From Candidatus Shapirobacteria bacterium (GTDB lineage Bacteria; Patescibacteriota; Microgenomatia; UBA12405; UBA6130), in NCBI GenBank assembly GCA_027039485.1, contig JALWDZ010000016.1:1-62517 (forward strand): a stretch of 62,517 nucleotides of DNA, written 5' to 3'. Under the pieces are notes generated by a model. That model saw only the letters and a list, made by a program, of their open reading frames with translations. It was not told the origin of the DNA and searched no databases. Both the position numbers and the translations under genes were made by a program. Shown here in pieces: positions 51,538 to 61,447 of the stretch. Each line of letters begins with the position of its first letter. The first letter of the stretch is position 1.

Positions 51538-53029
51538 AAAGAAAAAAATTTTTCTCCTTCTTTTGGCAGCTGGCCTATTTCTTTTTAGTCGGCTTTACAA
51601 CCTAACGGCGTTCCCTATCTTTTGTGACGAGGCTATTTATATTCGCTGGGCTCAGGTGCTTAAAAGCATCCATTCGCTTTGGTGGGTTCCTCTTTCAGAC
51701 GGCAAACAGCCCCTTTTTATGTGGTTGGCGGCGATTACCTTAAGCATTTTTTCTGATCCATTATTTGCCGGTCGGTTGGTCTCTGTTCTTGCTGGACTTG
51801 GAGAAGCCTGGCTGGTTTGGCGATTAGGCAGATTACTACATCTCCGTCGCTCCTGGCTAGCTTATTTTATTTATCTTCTTCTCCCATTTTTCCTCTTTTT
51901 CAACCGCCTGGCTTTAGTTGATAGCCTGCTTTCCTTTTGGATTACCCTTTCCTTTTACCTGGCCTTTCTCTTAGCAGAAAAGCGGAAGAGTTGGTTGGCT
52001 ATTCTTTTGGGAATTAGTTTAGGCGCCGCCTGGCTAACTAAAAGCCCGGGGGAAATTTTTATTTTTGTTGTTCCTCTGGCAGGAACGTTGTGGCTGCTTC
52101 TAGGACAGGAGATAGGGGAAATGCGCCGCCGTTCGTTTTGGTTGCTCGAGGGTCTATTTGCCTTATCGTCACTAATTGCTTTTAGCCTTTACAACCTTCT
52201 CCGCTTAGCGCCAGTTTTTTATATGATCAGCCGCCGTAACCGGGATTATCTATGGGGTTGGCAATATCTCCGCCAGCATCCCTTTGGCCCCCTTTTGGCT
52301 CATTTGGGCGATCTCGGTCGTTATTATCTGCATTATTTGACCTGGCCAGGAGCGCTTTTTGCCCTTTTAGGCTTTTTGCTTTTGTTAAAAAAGAAAAATT
52401 GGCCGGTTTTGGCAGTTTTATTGCTTTGGTGGCTGCCAGTTATTCCCATGTTGGCGGTGGCAAAAGTTTTTACTGCCCGTTATGTGCTTTTTTCGGCTTT
52501 GCCTTTGCTATTGTCAATAGGAATAGCTGTTGATTGGCTTTGGCGTTGGCAATGGGGGAAAGGCTTGATTTTAGTGGCTGCTTTACCAGCATTAGTTTTT
52601 ATGAAAAATTTGTGGCAAGTAAATCCCCATTTATCTCTTCCGCGAGATGAATATCGTGGTTACCTGGAAGCCTGGACGGCCGGAGAAGGCATCCGGCCAA
52701 TAGCCCGCTATTTGCAAAATTTACCGCCCCAAACAAAAGCAGTAGTTGGCACCGAGGGCTTTTTTGGCACCTTACCTAATGGGTTGCAAATTTATTTTGA
52801 CCAATCGCCCAATATTACCGTTATTGGGGTCGGAGTGGATATCGATAAGGTTTCCTCCTCGTTGCTGAATGCCAAGAAGGCCGGTAACCGCGTTTTTCTG
52901 GTGGCCAATGCTAGCCGTTTCCATCTCCAAAACCCCCAGAAAAAGGGACTGGTGCTGATAAAAAGTTTCCCTAAACCGGGTGGAGACAAGTTATTATTTT
53001 GGGAATTGAAAAATGTTCAAAAAATGTGA
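51530..53029 (+). CDS. ArnT/PMT_2-like (GT-C) membrane glycosyltransferase
   Basis: FCDEAIYIRWAQ first-loop motif. About 12 TM segments and a C-terminal soluble domain. The start ATG 51530 overlaps the GT2 stop. Confidence 0.65.
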   Translation: MAKKKKIFLLLLAAGLFLFSRLYNLTAFPIFCDEAIYIRWAQVLKSIHSLWWVPLSDGKQPLFMWLAAITLSIFSDPLFAGRLVSVLAGLGEAWLVWRLGRLLHLRRSWLAYFIYLLLPFFLFFNRLALVDSLLSFWITLSFYLAFLLAEKRKSWLAILLGISLGAAWLTKSPGEIFIFVVPLAGTLWLLLGQEIGEMRRRSFWLLEGLFALSSLIAFSLYNLLRLAPVFYMISRRNRDYLWGWQYLRQHPFGPLLAHLGDLGRYYLHYLTWPGALFALLGFLLLLKKKNWPVLAVLLLWWLPVIPMLAVAKVFTARYVLFSALPLLLSIGIAVDWLWRWQWGKGLILVAALPALVFMKNLWQVNPHLSLPRDEYRGYLEAWTAGEGIRPIARYLQNLPPQTKAVVGTEGFFGTLPNGLQIYFDQSPNITVIGVGVDIDKVSSSLLNAKKAGNRVFLVANASRFHLQNPQKKGLVLIKSFPKPGGDKLLFWELKNVQKM

Positions 53030-54764
53030 GCATTGGCGAAAATTGTTGTTGAGGCCATACTATAAAATTTGGACGATTATGCAAAGTCATGCCTATTTGA
53101 GTGGCATTTTCCTTGTTATTTTAGCTAGCCTCTTGGCAAGCCGCTGGCTGTTTAAGCCGGGTTATTTTGTTATGCACGATGACCTCCAGATGATGCGCCA
53201 GCTAGAAATGGAAAAGTGTTTCTATGATGGGCAATTGCCATGCCGCTGGGTACCGGATATGGGTTTTGGCTACGGCTATCCGCTTTTTAATTTTTATCCA
53301 CCGCTGCCGTATTATGTGGGAATGCTCTTCCGTTTTTTGGGATTTCATTTTACGACTACCGCTAAGCTCCTTTTTTCTCTTCAATTTGTTCTTTCGGGAA
53401 TAACAATGTTCCTTTTGGCAACTGATTTGTGGGGCCTGGCCGGCGGAGTGCTAAGTGCTATTTTTTATCTTTGGGCGCCTTACCATTCGGTTGATGTTTT
53501 TGTTCGTGGCGCCATGAATGAGGCCTGGGCTTTTGTTTGGTTCCCGCTGATTTTTTGGAGTTTGCGCCGGCTTATCCAAACCGGCAAAAATAAATATCTT
53601 TACTGGCTCAGTTTTTCCTATGCTGCTTTGCTCTTAACCCACAATATTATGGTGATGATTTTTACCCCAGCCTTGTTGCTTTGGGCTTTATATTGTTGGT
53701 GGGAGAGCGGTCATTGGCCTTGGCGTGATTGGCATCTTTTCGGGAAACAAGTTTTGGCTGGTTTTTGGGCTTTAGCCTTGGCGGCATTTTTTACCATTCC
53801 TATTCTTTTTGAGAAAAAATTTACCCACATTAACAGCATGTTTTCTGGTTATTTCGACTGGCGGGCGCATTTTGTCTCTCTTTATCAATTGTTTATTACT
53901 CGATTTTGGGGTTGGGGGCCTTCCCTTTGGGGGCCAAAAGATGGAATGTCGTTTTCTTTAGGGCATCTACATTGGTTGGGAGTTGTTGGCGTAGTTTTAG
54001 TGGCTGGCTGGTTTTTCTGGCGGCGTAAGTTGAGCAAAACCACTTTTGTTTTCTTGTGGGGGGGAGCATTATTGTCTCTGGGTTATGTTTTTCTTTGCCA
54101 CGAGCGGTCGGTGCCGGTCTGGAAAATCTTGACCCCTTTGCAAATGGCCCAATTTCCTTGGCGGTTGCTAGCCGGGTGGGTTTTCTTTTCCTCCTTATTA
54201 ATTGGTTTTTTGGGAAAAATTTTACCGCGTTGGGTTCTGGCATTACTTATCCTGGCGGTAATTGGCTGGAATTGGTCTTTTTTCCGCCCGGCGGCAATGG
54301 GGCCATTAACTGATGCGGAAAAATTTAGCGGCAAGGCCTGGGAATTCCAACAGACAGCCGGCATTTATGATTATTTGCCCAAAACTGTCCCCCGGGCGCC
54401 AACTAGCGCCCCCAAAACAAGCTGGGAATTGTTGTCCGGCCAAGCTGAAGGGCAGGTGGTGGTTAAGAAAACTAATTATTGGCTTTGGCAAGGGAAAGCC
54501 AAAACCAAAAGCAAGCTACGTTTTAATTTATTTTACTTTCCTGGCTGGCGAGTTTGGCTGGACCAAAAACCTTGGCCCTGGCAAGTTGGCAAGGACCTAG
54601 GACGGATTATTGTCGATATTCCCCCCGGCAAACATCGTCTCGATTTGCGCTTTACCAATACTCCGGTGAGAGCAATAACTAATTTTATTTCTTTGTTAGC
54701 TTGGTGGGGGTTACTTTTTGTGGCTACGAAAAAATGGTTTCTGAAAAAGACTTGGGAAAAATAA
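53013..54764 (+). CDS. Large polytopic membrane protein, GT-C/YfhO- or PTPS-related-like
   Basis: HDDLQMMRQLEMEKCFYDGQLPCRWVPDMGFGYGYPLFNFYPPLPYY loop, more than 10 TM segments, and a C-terminal beta-rich domain. An alternative start is at 53079. Confidence 0.4.
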   Translation: MFKKCEHWRKLLLRPYYKIWTIMQSHAYLSGIFLVILASLLASRWLFKPGYFVMHDDLQMMRQLEMEKCFYDGQLPCRWVPDMGFGYGYPLFNFYPPLPYYVGMLFRFLGFHFTTTAKLLFSLQFVLSGITMFLLATDLWGLAGGVLSAIFYLWAPYHSVDVFVRGAMNEAWAFVWFPLIFWSLRRLIQTGKNKYLYWLSFSYAALLLTHNIMVMIFTPALLLWALYCWWESGHWPWRDWHLFGKQVLAGFWALALAAFFTIPILFEKKFTHINSMFSGYFDWRAHFVSLYQLFITRFWGWGPSLWGPKDGMSFSLGHLHWLGVVGVVLVAGWFFWRRKLSKTTFVFLWGGALLSLGYVFLCHERSVPVWKILTPLQMAQFPWRLLAGWVFFSSLLIGFLGKILPRWVLALLILAVIGWNWSFFRPAAMGPLTDAEKFSGKAWEFQQTAGIYDYLPKTVPRAPTSAPKTSWELLSGQAEGQVVVKKTNYWLWQGKAKTKSKLRFNLFYFPGWRVWLDQKPWPWQVGKDLGRIIVDIPPGKHRLDLRFTNTPVRAITNFISLLAWWGLLFVATKKWFLKKTWEK

Positions 54765-56197
54765 AAAAGAAAGCTTTTCGGGGAGCCGGGGTATTAATTC
54801 TTCGCAATCTTATCGGCCAGCCAATTTCTTTTTTGGGCTTCGTTTTTCTTTCCGCTCTTCTTAAGAGATGGGAACTGGGTATTTTTTGGGCCGTTTCGGA
54901 AGTGGTTGGTTTTTTGGGTTATTTTTCTGACATTGGCTTGGCCGCGGCCTTAATTCAAAAAAAAGAAAAGCCTGGATTAAAAGAGATAAGGGCTACCTTT
55001 ACCGTCCAGCAAATCCTTGTTGTTTTAGCAATCATTGTTTCTGTTTTGCTTCTGCCCTGGCTGGAACAAAAGTTTCATTTTGGCGGCTCAGCGGTTTGGC
55101 TGTTTTATGCCCTTTTGGGAGGATTTTTTTTAGCATCTCTAAAAACTATCCCCTCGGTGCTTTTAGAAAGAGAAATGGCCTTCGAGAAAATTGCCCTAGT
55201 AGATCTAAGCGAACAGATAACCTTTACCACCCTGGCGGTAATTTTAGCTTGGCAAGGTTTTGGGTTGTACAGCTGGGCGGCGGCGGTAATTGGCCGGGCA
55301 ATTGTCGGCGTAACTTTAATGTATCTTTTCGCCCCCTGGCCCCTTGGCTTTAATTTTCATTTAAAAGCAATCAAAGATTTGCTCCACTTTGGGGTTCCTT
55401 TTCAAACAAACTCCCTTTTGGCGTTAGCAAAAGATCGGGTGATGAATATTGTTCTCTGGGGTATTTTAGGGAGCGATGGAATCGGAATTTTAGGCTGGTC
55501 GCAGCGTTGGGCCCAATTTCCGCTGCGCTTTTTTATGGACCAAGTTATCCGGGTAACTTTTCCCGCCTATTCTCGCCTTCAAACTCGCCGGCAATGGTTA
55601 CGCCGGGCTTTGGCCAAGAGCATTAGCCTGCTTGCCTTTTTGGCATTTCCTTTATTGGCGGGCTTAGCGTTAGTGATGCCTTGGGTGGTCCAGCTTTGGC
55701 CTAAATATCATAAATGGCAGGTGGCCTTGGTGCCTTTTTGGTTTTATATTGTCAATGCTGGTTTTGGTTTGGTAACCACTCCAATTACCAACGCTTTTAA
55801 CGCTATTGGTAAGGTTCATTGGACTTTTTATTTGATGGTTTTCTGGACATCGCTGACTTGGCTTTTAGTCCCTTTTTTGGCTAAGTTTTGGGGGGTAAAC
55901 GGGGCCGCTTTCGGTTTGATGCTAGTCTCGGCAACTTCGGTGGGCGTTTGGTATTGGGCGCACCGTTCTTTGGGTCTTTCTATCATCGCTGTTCTTTGGC
56001 GCCCGTTTCTGGCTACGGCAAGCATGATGGCAATAATTTTGCTCCTGATGACAAGTTTGCCGCCGACATTAGTTAATTTGTTGTTAATAATTGTTATTGG
56101 CGGTAGCCTTTATCTTAGTTTGGCCTGGTTGCTAGCCCGCGATGAATTGTTTTGGCTTTATTCTTCTCTTCGGCAGACGCTTAAAAATGAAACTTAA
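54734..56197 (+). CDS. Wzx-like polysaccharide/oligosaccharide flippase (MOP superfamily)
   Basis: About 487 aa with 12-14 TM segments, and the N-terminal KKKAFRGAGVLILRNLIGQPISF typical of polysaccharide biosynthesis (Wzx) proteins. Confidence 0.6.
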   Translation: MVSEKDLGKIKKKAFRGAGVLILRNLIGQPISFLGFVFLSALLKRWELGIFWAVSEVVGFLGYFSDIGLAAALIQKKEKPGLKEIRATFTVQQILVVLAIIVSVLLLPWLEQKFHFGGSAVWLFYALLGGFFLASLKTIPSVLLEREMAFEKIALVDLSEQITFTTLAVILAWQGFGLYSWAAAVIGRAIVGVTLMYLFAPWPLGFNFHLKAIKDLLHFGVPFQTNSLLALAKDRVMNIVLWGILGSDGIGILGWSQRWAQFPLRFFMDQVIRVTFPAYSRLQTRRQWLRRALAKSISLLAFLAFPLLAGLALVMPWVVQLWPKYHKWQVALVPFWFYIVNAGFGLVTTPITNAFNAIGKVHWTFYLMVFWTSLTWLLVPFLAKFWGVNGAAFGLMLVSATSVGVWYWAHRSLGLSIIAVLWRPFLATASMMAIILLLMTSLPPTLVNLLLIIVIGGSLYLSLAWLLARDELFWLYSSLRQTLKNET

Positions 56198-57863
56198 AGA
56201 AAAATTGCTTTTGGCCTTTTTGATTTTTTTAGGTAGCGGCATTTGGTGGTCAACTATGGCCCGCAGCGGTTATCTTTATAGTTTTGGACTGGGGTTTTGG
56301 GGGCCAAACGGGCATGATGGCGTTTGGCATTTGGCGTTGATGCAGCAAACGGTGCGCCACCTTCCGCCCCGCAATCCAGTTTTTGCCGGAACAATGCTGC
56401 AAAACTATCACTGGGGATTTGATTTTCTCGCTGGCTGGACGGCTAAATTATTATCGCTTTCATTTTTAGATGTGTATTTTCGCTTATTTCCCCTCTTTTT
56501 AGCCATTTCGATTGGCCTTTTAAGTTTTTATTTGGGGAAGATAATTACCAAGGATTATTGGGTCGGTTTTTGGTTTGCCTTTTTAAACTATTTTGCCGGG
56601 TCTTTAGGATGGGTGGTAACTTTACTGCGCAATGGCACTCTTGGCGGCGAATCGCTTTTTTGGTCAATGCAGTCGGTTTCAACTCTAATTAATCCCCCTT
56701 ACGCTTTATCGCTAGTTTTTCTACTGGCAGGTTTCATTTTGTGGTATTGTTGGTATCGCCATTTAACCTGGATAAAGCTTTTTTTGTTAGGCGTTATGTT
56801 TGGGAGTTTGGTAATAATAAAAGCTTATGCTAGCGTTTTGTTTTTTTTGACAATTGGCACTTTAGTTCTCTTTGCAAGCGTGCGAAAGAGATGGCAGGAA
56901 GCGAAAATCTTTTTAAAAATTCTCATTGCTAGCGGGATATTTACCTTTTCGATTTTGCTTTTTGAGAGTCAAAAAGGTAGCTGGCCATTTATTTGGCAAC
57001 CTTTTTGGTTTGTGAGAACCCTTTTTGAGGCGAGAGATAGGCTGTACTGGCCCAAGTTGGGGATGATGTGGTGGACATTAAGAGTAAGGTGGTGGACAAG
57101 CGAAAAGTTGTGGCTATTAGTATTGGGCGGCAGCATTCTCTTTCTATTAGGTAATTTTAACACCCGTATATTAGGGGCACTTAGGAGGGTGAATGAGGGA
57201 TGGGATTACGTTTTTGGTGTTTTGGTCTTTTGGGGAATTTTTATTCCTCTGTTTTTTGTCCAAAAAGGGACAGCCTGGAATACGATTCAATTTTTCTACT
57301 ATGCCTTATTTTTTGCTAATTTATTTTTGGCTAATTATTTGACTAAATTGACCAGGAAAAGGCATTTTCTTTTGGCTCTTCTAATACTTCTGCCGCTTTT
57401 ACCAGGTAATTTAGGCACAATCAAAATTTATCTTGGTTTTCCTCCACCGGCAATGTTGTCAACGAGAGAAATCGAGGGTCTGAAGTTTTTGGCTAAACAG
57501 CCAGAAGGGGTAGTTTTAACTTTTCCTTATAATAAATTTGCCCAAAATGGTCTGCGACCCCCTTTGCCGCTTTATTTATACGAAAGCACTAGTTATGTGG
57601 CCGCTTTCACCGGCCAGCCGGTATTTTTAGAAGACGAGATGAATTTGGATATTACCGGTTATCCTTGGCAGGAAAGGAAAACCCAAGTTAAGCAGTTTTT
57701 CCAGAGCCGGGATGCAATTTGGGCGCGCGGGTTTCTGATAAACAATAAAATTAGTTATATCTATTTAGTTGGTGGGCAAAAGTTCCCCTTGCCTCCGGGT
57801 GATTTGGGAGTGAAGATGATTTTTAATAACGGACAGGTTAAAATATACCAGGTGATGAGATAA
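56187..57863 (+). CDS. Large polytopic membrane protein (polymerase/GT-C-like), function unknown
   Basis: About 558 aa with more than 12 TM segments. The start overlaps the flippase stop. No family recognised by eye. Confidence 0.35.
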   Translation: MKLKEKLLLAFLIFLGSGIWWSTMARSGYLYSFGLGFWGPNGHDGVWHLALMQQTVRHLPPRNPVFAGTMLQNYHWGFDFLAGWTAKLLSLSFLDVYFRLFPLFLAISIGLLSFYLGKIITKDYWVGFWFAFLNYFAGSLGWVVTLLRNGTLGGESLFWSMQSVSTLINPPYALSLVFLLAGFILWYCWYRHLTWIKLFLLGVMFGSLVIIKAYASVLFFLTIGTLVLFASVRKRWQEAKIFLKILIASGIFTFSILLFESQKGSWPFIWQPFWFVRTLFEARDRLYWPKLGMMWWTLRVRWWTSEKLWLLVLGGSILFLLGNFNTRILGALRRVNEGWDYVFGVLVFWGIFIPLFFVQKGTAWNTIQFFYYALFFANLFLANYLTKLTRKRHFLLALLILLPLLPGNLGTIKIYLGFPPPAMLSTREIEGLKFLAKQPEGVVLTFPYNKFAQNGLRPPLPLYLYESTSYVAAFTGQPVFLEDEMNLDITGYPWQERKTQVKQFFQSRDAIWARGFLINNKISYIYLVGGQKFPLPPGDLGVKMIFNNGQVKIYQVMR

Positions 57864-57878
57864 TCACTAATTGTGAAA

Positions 57879-58811
57879 ATGAGGCCGCTAATTTCTGTTG
57901 TTGTCAATACTTTAAATGAGGAAAAGAATCTTCCCCGTTGCCTCCAATCGGTGAAGAACTTTGCCGATGAGATTGTGGTGGTGGATATGCACAGTGATGA
58001 CCGCACCCGGGCGATTGCCGAAGAATTTGGGGCTCGGGTATTTCTTTACAGCCGAGTAGGTTATGTAGAACCAGCCCGCAATTTTGCCATTAGCAAGGCA
58101 AAAGGGCGCTGGATTTTAATTTTGGATGCCGATGAAAAAATTGGCCGCACTTTAGCCCGCAAACTTCGCCAAATTGCCAGCAAGCCCCGCCAAGATATTG
58201 ATTATGTTCTGATTCCTCGGAAAAATATTATCTTTGGCAAGTGGATTCAAAATTCGCGCTGGTGGCCTGATTATCTGCCCCGTTTTTTTAAGAAAGGAAA
58301 GGTAAAATGGCCCAAGCAAATTCACCAAAAACCGATTTTGAAAGGGAAAATTTATACTTTGCCTGACAGCGAGCGCTTTGCCATTCTCCATTATAACTAT
58401 CGCACTCTCGACCAATTTTTAGACCGCAGCCGCCGTTATGCTGAGGTGCAGGCAAATGAGTTGATTAAAGAAAAAAAGTATGTTTTGAATTATAGCGACT
58501 TACTCTTAAAACCCTTGGGTGAATTTTTAAGCCGTTTTTTTGCCGGCCAGGGCTATCGCGATGGTGTTCACGGCTTGGCTTTAGCCCTTTTGCAGAGTTA
58601 CGCCACGGCTTTAGTTTACTTAAAGGTTTGGGAAAAACAGCGTTTTAAGGAGCGCAATGTCGAACCGCACAAATTAAGCCAGCTTTTCCGGCAGGCCTTG
58701 GGGGAGGCGCTTTATTGGTTTAACCGCTGGCGGTGGGGTGACCAGCAGGGGTTAAGGCAGTGGCCGGGCCGGCTTTTGGCAAGATGGCAGCAGTGGTGGC
58801 TTAGCCGATGA
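57879..58811 (+). CDS. GT2 glycosyltransferase
   Basis: ISVVVNTLNEEKNL, VVDMHSDDRT, ILDADE. Paralogous to 60683..61447. An alternative GTG start is at 57873. Confidence 0.8.
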   Translation: MRPLISVVVNTLNEEKNLPRCLQSVKNFADEIVVVDMHSDDRTRAIAEEFGARVFLYSRVGYVEPARNFAISKAKGRWILILDADEKIGRTLARKLRQIASKPRQDIDYVLIPRKNIIFGKWIQNSRWWPDYLPRFFKKGKVKWPKQIHQKPILKGKIYTLPDSERFAILHYNYRTLDQFLDRSRRYAEVQANELIKEKKYVLNYSDLLLKPLGEFLSRFFAGQGYRDGVHGLALALLQSYATALVYLKVWEKQRFKERNVEPHKLSQLFRQALGEALYWFNRWRWGDQQGLRQWPGRLLARWQQWWLSR

Positions 58812-59806
58812 AAACAAAGATTGCGATTATTCTCCTGTCGTACAATGCCGAACGGTTTCTCGAAAAAGCCCTATTTTCTTTTCTGGCCCAATTTTCTCCC
58901 CAGCTTTGGCAAAAATTGCCAGAGGTGGAATGGCGCCAGAAGATAAAAATGCCCCAATGGCCGCTAAAGCATGAGGTGACTTTGGTAGTGATCGATAATG
59001 CTTCCCAAGATGGGTCGGTTCTCGTTGCCCAACGGGCCCAAAAATTGGCTGAGGTGATAAAGGGGGCTAACATTCACCTTATTCGAAATGCGGCCAATTT
59101 AGGCTTTGCTGCCGGTAATAATGTTGGCATTAATTGGGCTTTGCGGCAAGGTTTTGAATATATTGGCCTTCTTAATAATGATGTTTTGGTGGGCAACCGT
59201 TTTTGGGAGCCGCTAGTCCAATTTTTAGCTAAGCATCGGCGAGCAGGGGTGGCGACTACTAAGATATTTTTTGCTCCCGGTTATGAATACCAACAAAAAT
59301 ATCGCTCCGCCGAAAAAGGTCGAGTTGTTTGGGCGGTGGGGGGCAAAATTGACTGGGCCAATGTGGTGGGAACCAATAGGGGAGTGGATGAAGTTGATAA
59401 GGGGCAATACGAGAGGCCAGCCGAGGTCGATGTTGCCAGCGGCTGTTTGCTTTTAGCAAAGAGAGAGGTTTGGAAAAAAGTTGGGCTTTTAGATAATCGT
59501 TACTTTATGTACTACGAGGATGCCGATTGGTCGCAACGAGTTAAGCGGCAGGGCTGGCAGGTCTGGTACGTACCTGGGGGCGTGATTTGGCATTTTAATG
59601 CTGGCTCATCCCAGGTGGGGGGATCCTTGCAGGATTATTTTATAACCCGGAATCGACTGCTTTTTGGCATGCGTTGGGCGCCTTGGCGGGCAAAGTTGGC
59701 CCTTTTGCGGGAAAGTGTCCGCCTACTGTTCTCGGGGCGGGAATGGCAACGGAGGGGAATTAGGGATTTTTATCTCCGCCGTTTTGGCCGGGGGAGTTGG
59801 AGATAA
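58808..59806 (+). CDS. GT2 glycosyltransferase (rhamnosyltransferase-like)
   Basis: IAIILLSYNAE, VIDNASQDGS, GFAAGNN, LLNNDV, YYEDADW. Confidence 0.8.
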   Translation: MKTKIAIILLSYNAERFLEKALFSFLAQFSPQLWQKLPEVEWRQKIKMPQWPLKHEVTLVVIDNASQDGSVLVAQRAQKLAEVIKGANIHLIRNAANLGFAAGNNVGINWALRQGFEYIGLLNNDVLVGNRFWEPLVQFLAKHRRAGVATTKIFFAPGYEYQQKYRSAEKGRVVWAVGGKIDWANVVGTNRGVDEVDKGQYERPAEVDVASGCLLLAKREVWKKVGLLDNRYFMYYEDADWSQRVKRQGWQVWYVPGGVIWHFNAGSSQVGGSLQDYFITRNRLLFGMRWAPWRAKLALLRESVRLLFSGREWQRRGIRDFYLRRFGRGSWR

Positions 59807-60212
59807 GATATTTTTGAATATGCTGAACAAATTGAGAAAGATCGGCTAGTTTCTTGTCCAAATCGTTATAAGCAAGCTGATAGTCGATTTGAGTGTATTC
59901 GTGGACAAGGATATTTCTTAGCCCCACAGCTTTTCCTAATTGTTTTGCCAATTGGTAGGGAATAATATTCTGCTTGGCTAGTAGCTGAAACAAGGCAGCA
60001 GAGGTTTCTGCCGGGCCCAATTTTTCAGTAGCTACAATATGGGCGGCAATATCAATACATGTTTCGATTGCTTTTTGCATTCGTCGATCGACAAGATCCC
60101 GAATGTCTTCGTCGCCGGTAATCATTTCCATGGTTAGGTCCATATTTTTTAGTTTTCTAATTGAATGTTCGAGGTTTTCTAGGTAGCGATAAATGATATT
60201 TTTATTGACCAT
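59760..60212 (-). CDS. HEPN/DUF86 toxin (HepT-type)
   Basis: Rx4H motif in GLRNILVHEY. 150 aa. Overlaps the upstream MNT gene by 11 nt. Confidence 0.8.
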   Translation of the reverse strand: MVNKNIIYRYLENLEHSIRKLKNMDLTMEMITGDEDIRDLVDRRMQKAIETCIDIAAHIVATEKLGPAETSAALFQLLAKQNIIPYQLAKQLGKAVGLRNILVHEYTQIDYQLAYNDLDKKLADLSQFVQHIQKYLISNSPGQNGGDKNP

Positions 60213-60627
60213 AAGTACCTTCTTTGAGCCGCTGGTTTAAATAATGATGAAAGATATCACGCAAATGTTGACTATCGTAATAAAGTTTCATAATTCGTGT
60301 TTCTAACTGGATCCGCTCTGTTTGGTTGCGGGCAAAAAGGAGCTTTCCTTTTAGTAATTGGAAAAGGAAGAGGGGGTCAGTATCTTGAAGATTAGCAATT
60401 CTAAGATCAAGATTGGGATGGCGAACAAACTGACTAATCTTTTGATAAAGGGAACCAAAAGAACGGGGGTCAAAATTTTTGTCGACCAACAAAACGATGT
60501 CGAGGTCGCTGTCATTACGCTCTCGTTTTTCGGCTACCGAGCCGATGAAATAAGCGGCCAAAACGCTGGGATAGTTTTGAAGGACGCCCCCAAGAGCTTT
60601 TTGGTTAATAATCCTATTGACTCCCAT
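60202..60627 (-). CDS. Nucleotidyltransferase antitoxin (MntA-type)
   Basis: GSVAEKRERNDSDLDIVLL (GSxxx…DxD). 141 aa. Confidence 0.8.
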   Translation of the reverse strand: MGVNRIINQKALGGVLQNYPSVLAAYFIGSVAEKRERNDSDLDIVLLVDKNFDPRSFGSLYQKISQFVRHPNLDLRIANLQDTDPLFLFQLLKGKLLFARNQTERIQLETRIMKLYYDSQHLRDIFHHYLNQRLKEGTYGQ

Positions 60628-60682
60628 AATTTATTGTAACAGAAATGTGGGAGATTGAGAATAGAAATGTTAAACTACAACT

Positions 60683-61447
60683 GTGAGATTGAGCGTAATA
60701 ATTATTGCCAAAAATGAAGAAAAGCTAATTGGGGATGCTATTCGCTCGGCTAAATTTGCTGACGAGGTCATTGTCATTGATACCGGTTCCAGCGACAAAA
60801 CTCCATTGATAGCTAAAAAATTAGGCGCGCGGGTAATTAAAATGCCCAGCCAGAAATTAGCCTTTGCGCATTGGCGGACTGAGGCAATTAAAAAGGCAAA
60901 GGGCGCCTGGATTTTTTATCTTGATGCTGACGAACGGATTACGCCGAAATTGAGAAATGCAATTCTAAAGATTATAAAGCAACCCCCTGAAAAAAATGTG
61001 GTTGCTTACGCTGTTCCCAGAAAAAATTATTATTTGGGCCGCCGGGTGCGTTGGGGAGGTTCTTGGCCAGATTATGTTAAGCGCTTGTTTTGGAAAGAAG
61101 CGTTAAAAAAGTGGTCGGGCAAACTTCACGAAGAGCCTGTTTTCGAAGGCAAATTAGAAATTTTGCCAGCTCCGTTAAAACACTATACCCATCGCGATTT
61201 GACTTCGATGGTTGCCAAAACAATTGCCTGGTCCCGGTTAGAAGCCGAGGAATTATACCGGGCCCATCATCCGCCGGTGACTTGGTGGCGGATTTTAAGA
61301 ATAATGTTAACCGAATTATGGCAGCGGGGCATTAAGCAACAAGGTTTTCGCGATGGGACGGTTGGGGTAATTGAGGTAATTTTTCAAATGTTCAGCCGTT
61401 TTGTTACCTATGCCCGATTATGGGAGAAGCAAAATTCTAAATCCTAA
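60683..61447 (+). CDS. GT2 glycosyltransferase
   Basis: LSVIIIAKNEE, VIDTGSSDKT, YLDADE. GTG start 6 nt after TGtTAAACT (60668-60676). The last codons and the stop lie inside the hairpin-element arm. Confidence 0.75.
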   Translation: MRLSVIIIAKNEEKLIGDAIRSAKFADEVIVIDTGSSDKTPLIAKKLGARVIKMPSQKLAFAHWRTEAIKKAKGAWIFYLDADERITPKLRNAILKIIKQPPEKNVVAYAVPRKNYYLGRRVRWGGSWPDYVKRLFWKEALKKWSGKLHEEPVFEGKLEILPAPLKHYTHRDLTSMVAKTIAWSRLEAEELYRAHHPPVTWWRILRIMLTELWQRGIKQQGFRDGTVGVIEVIFQMFSRFVTYARLWEKQNSKS

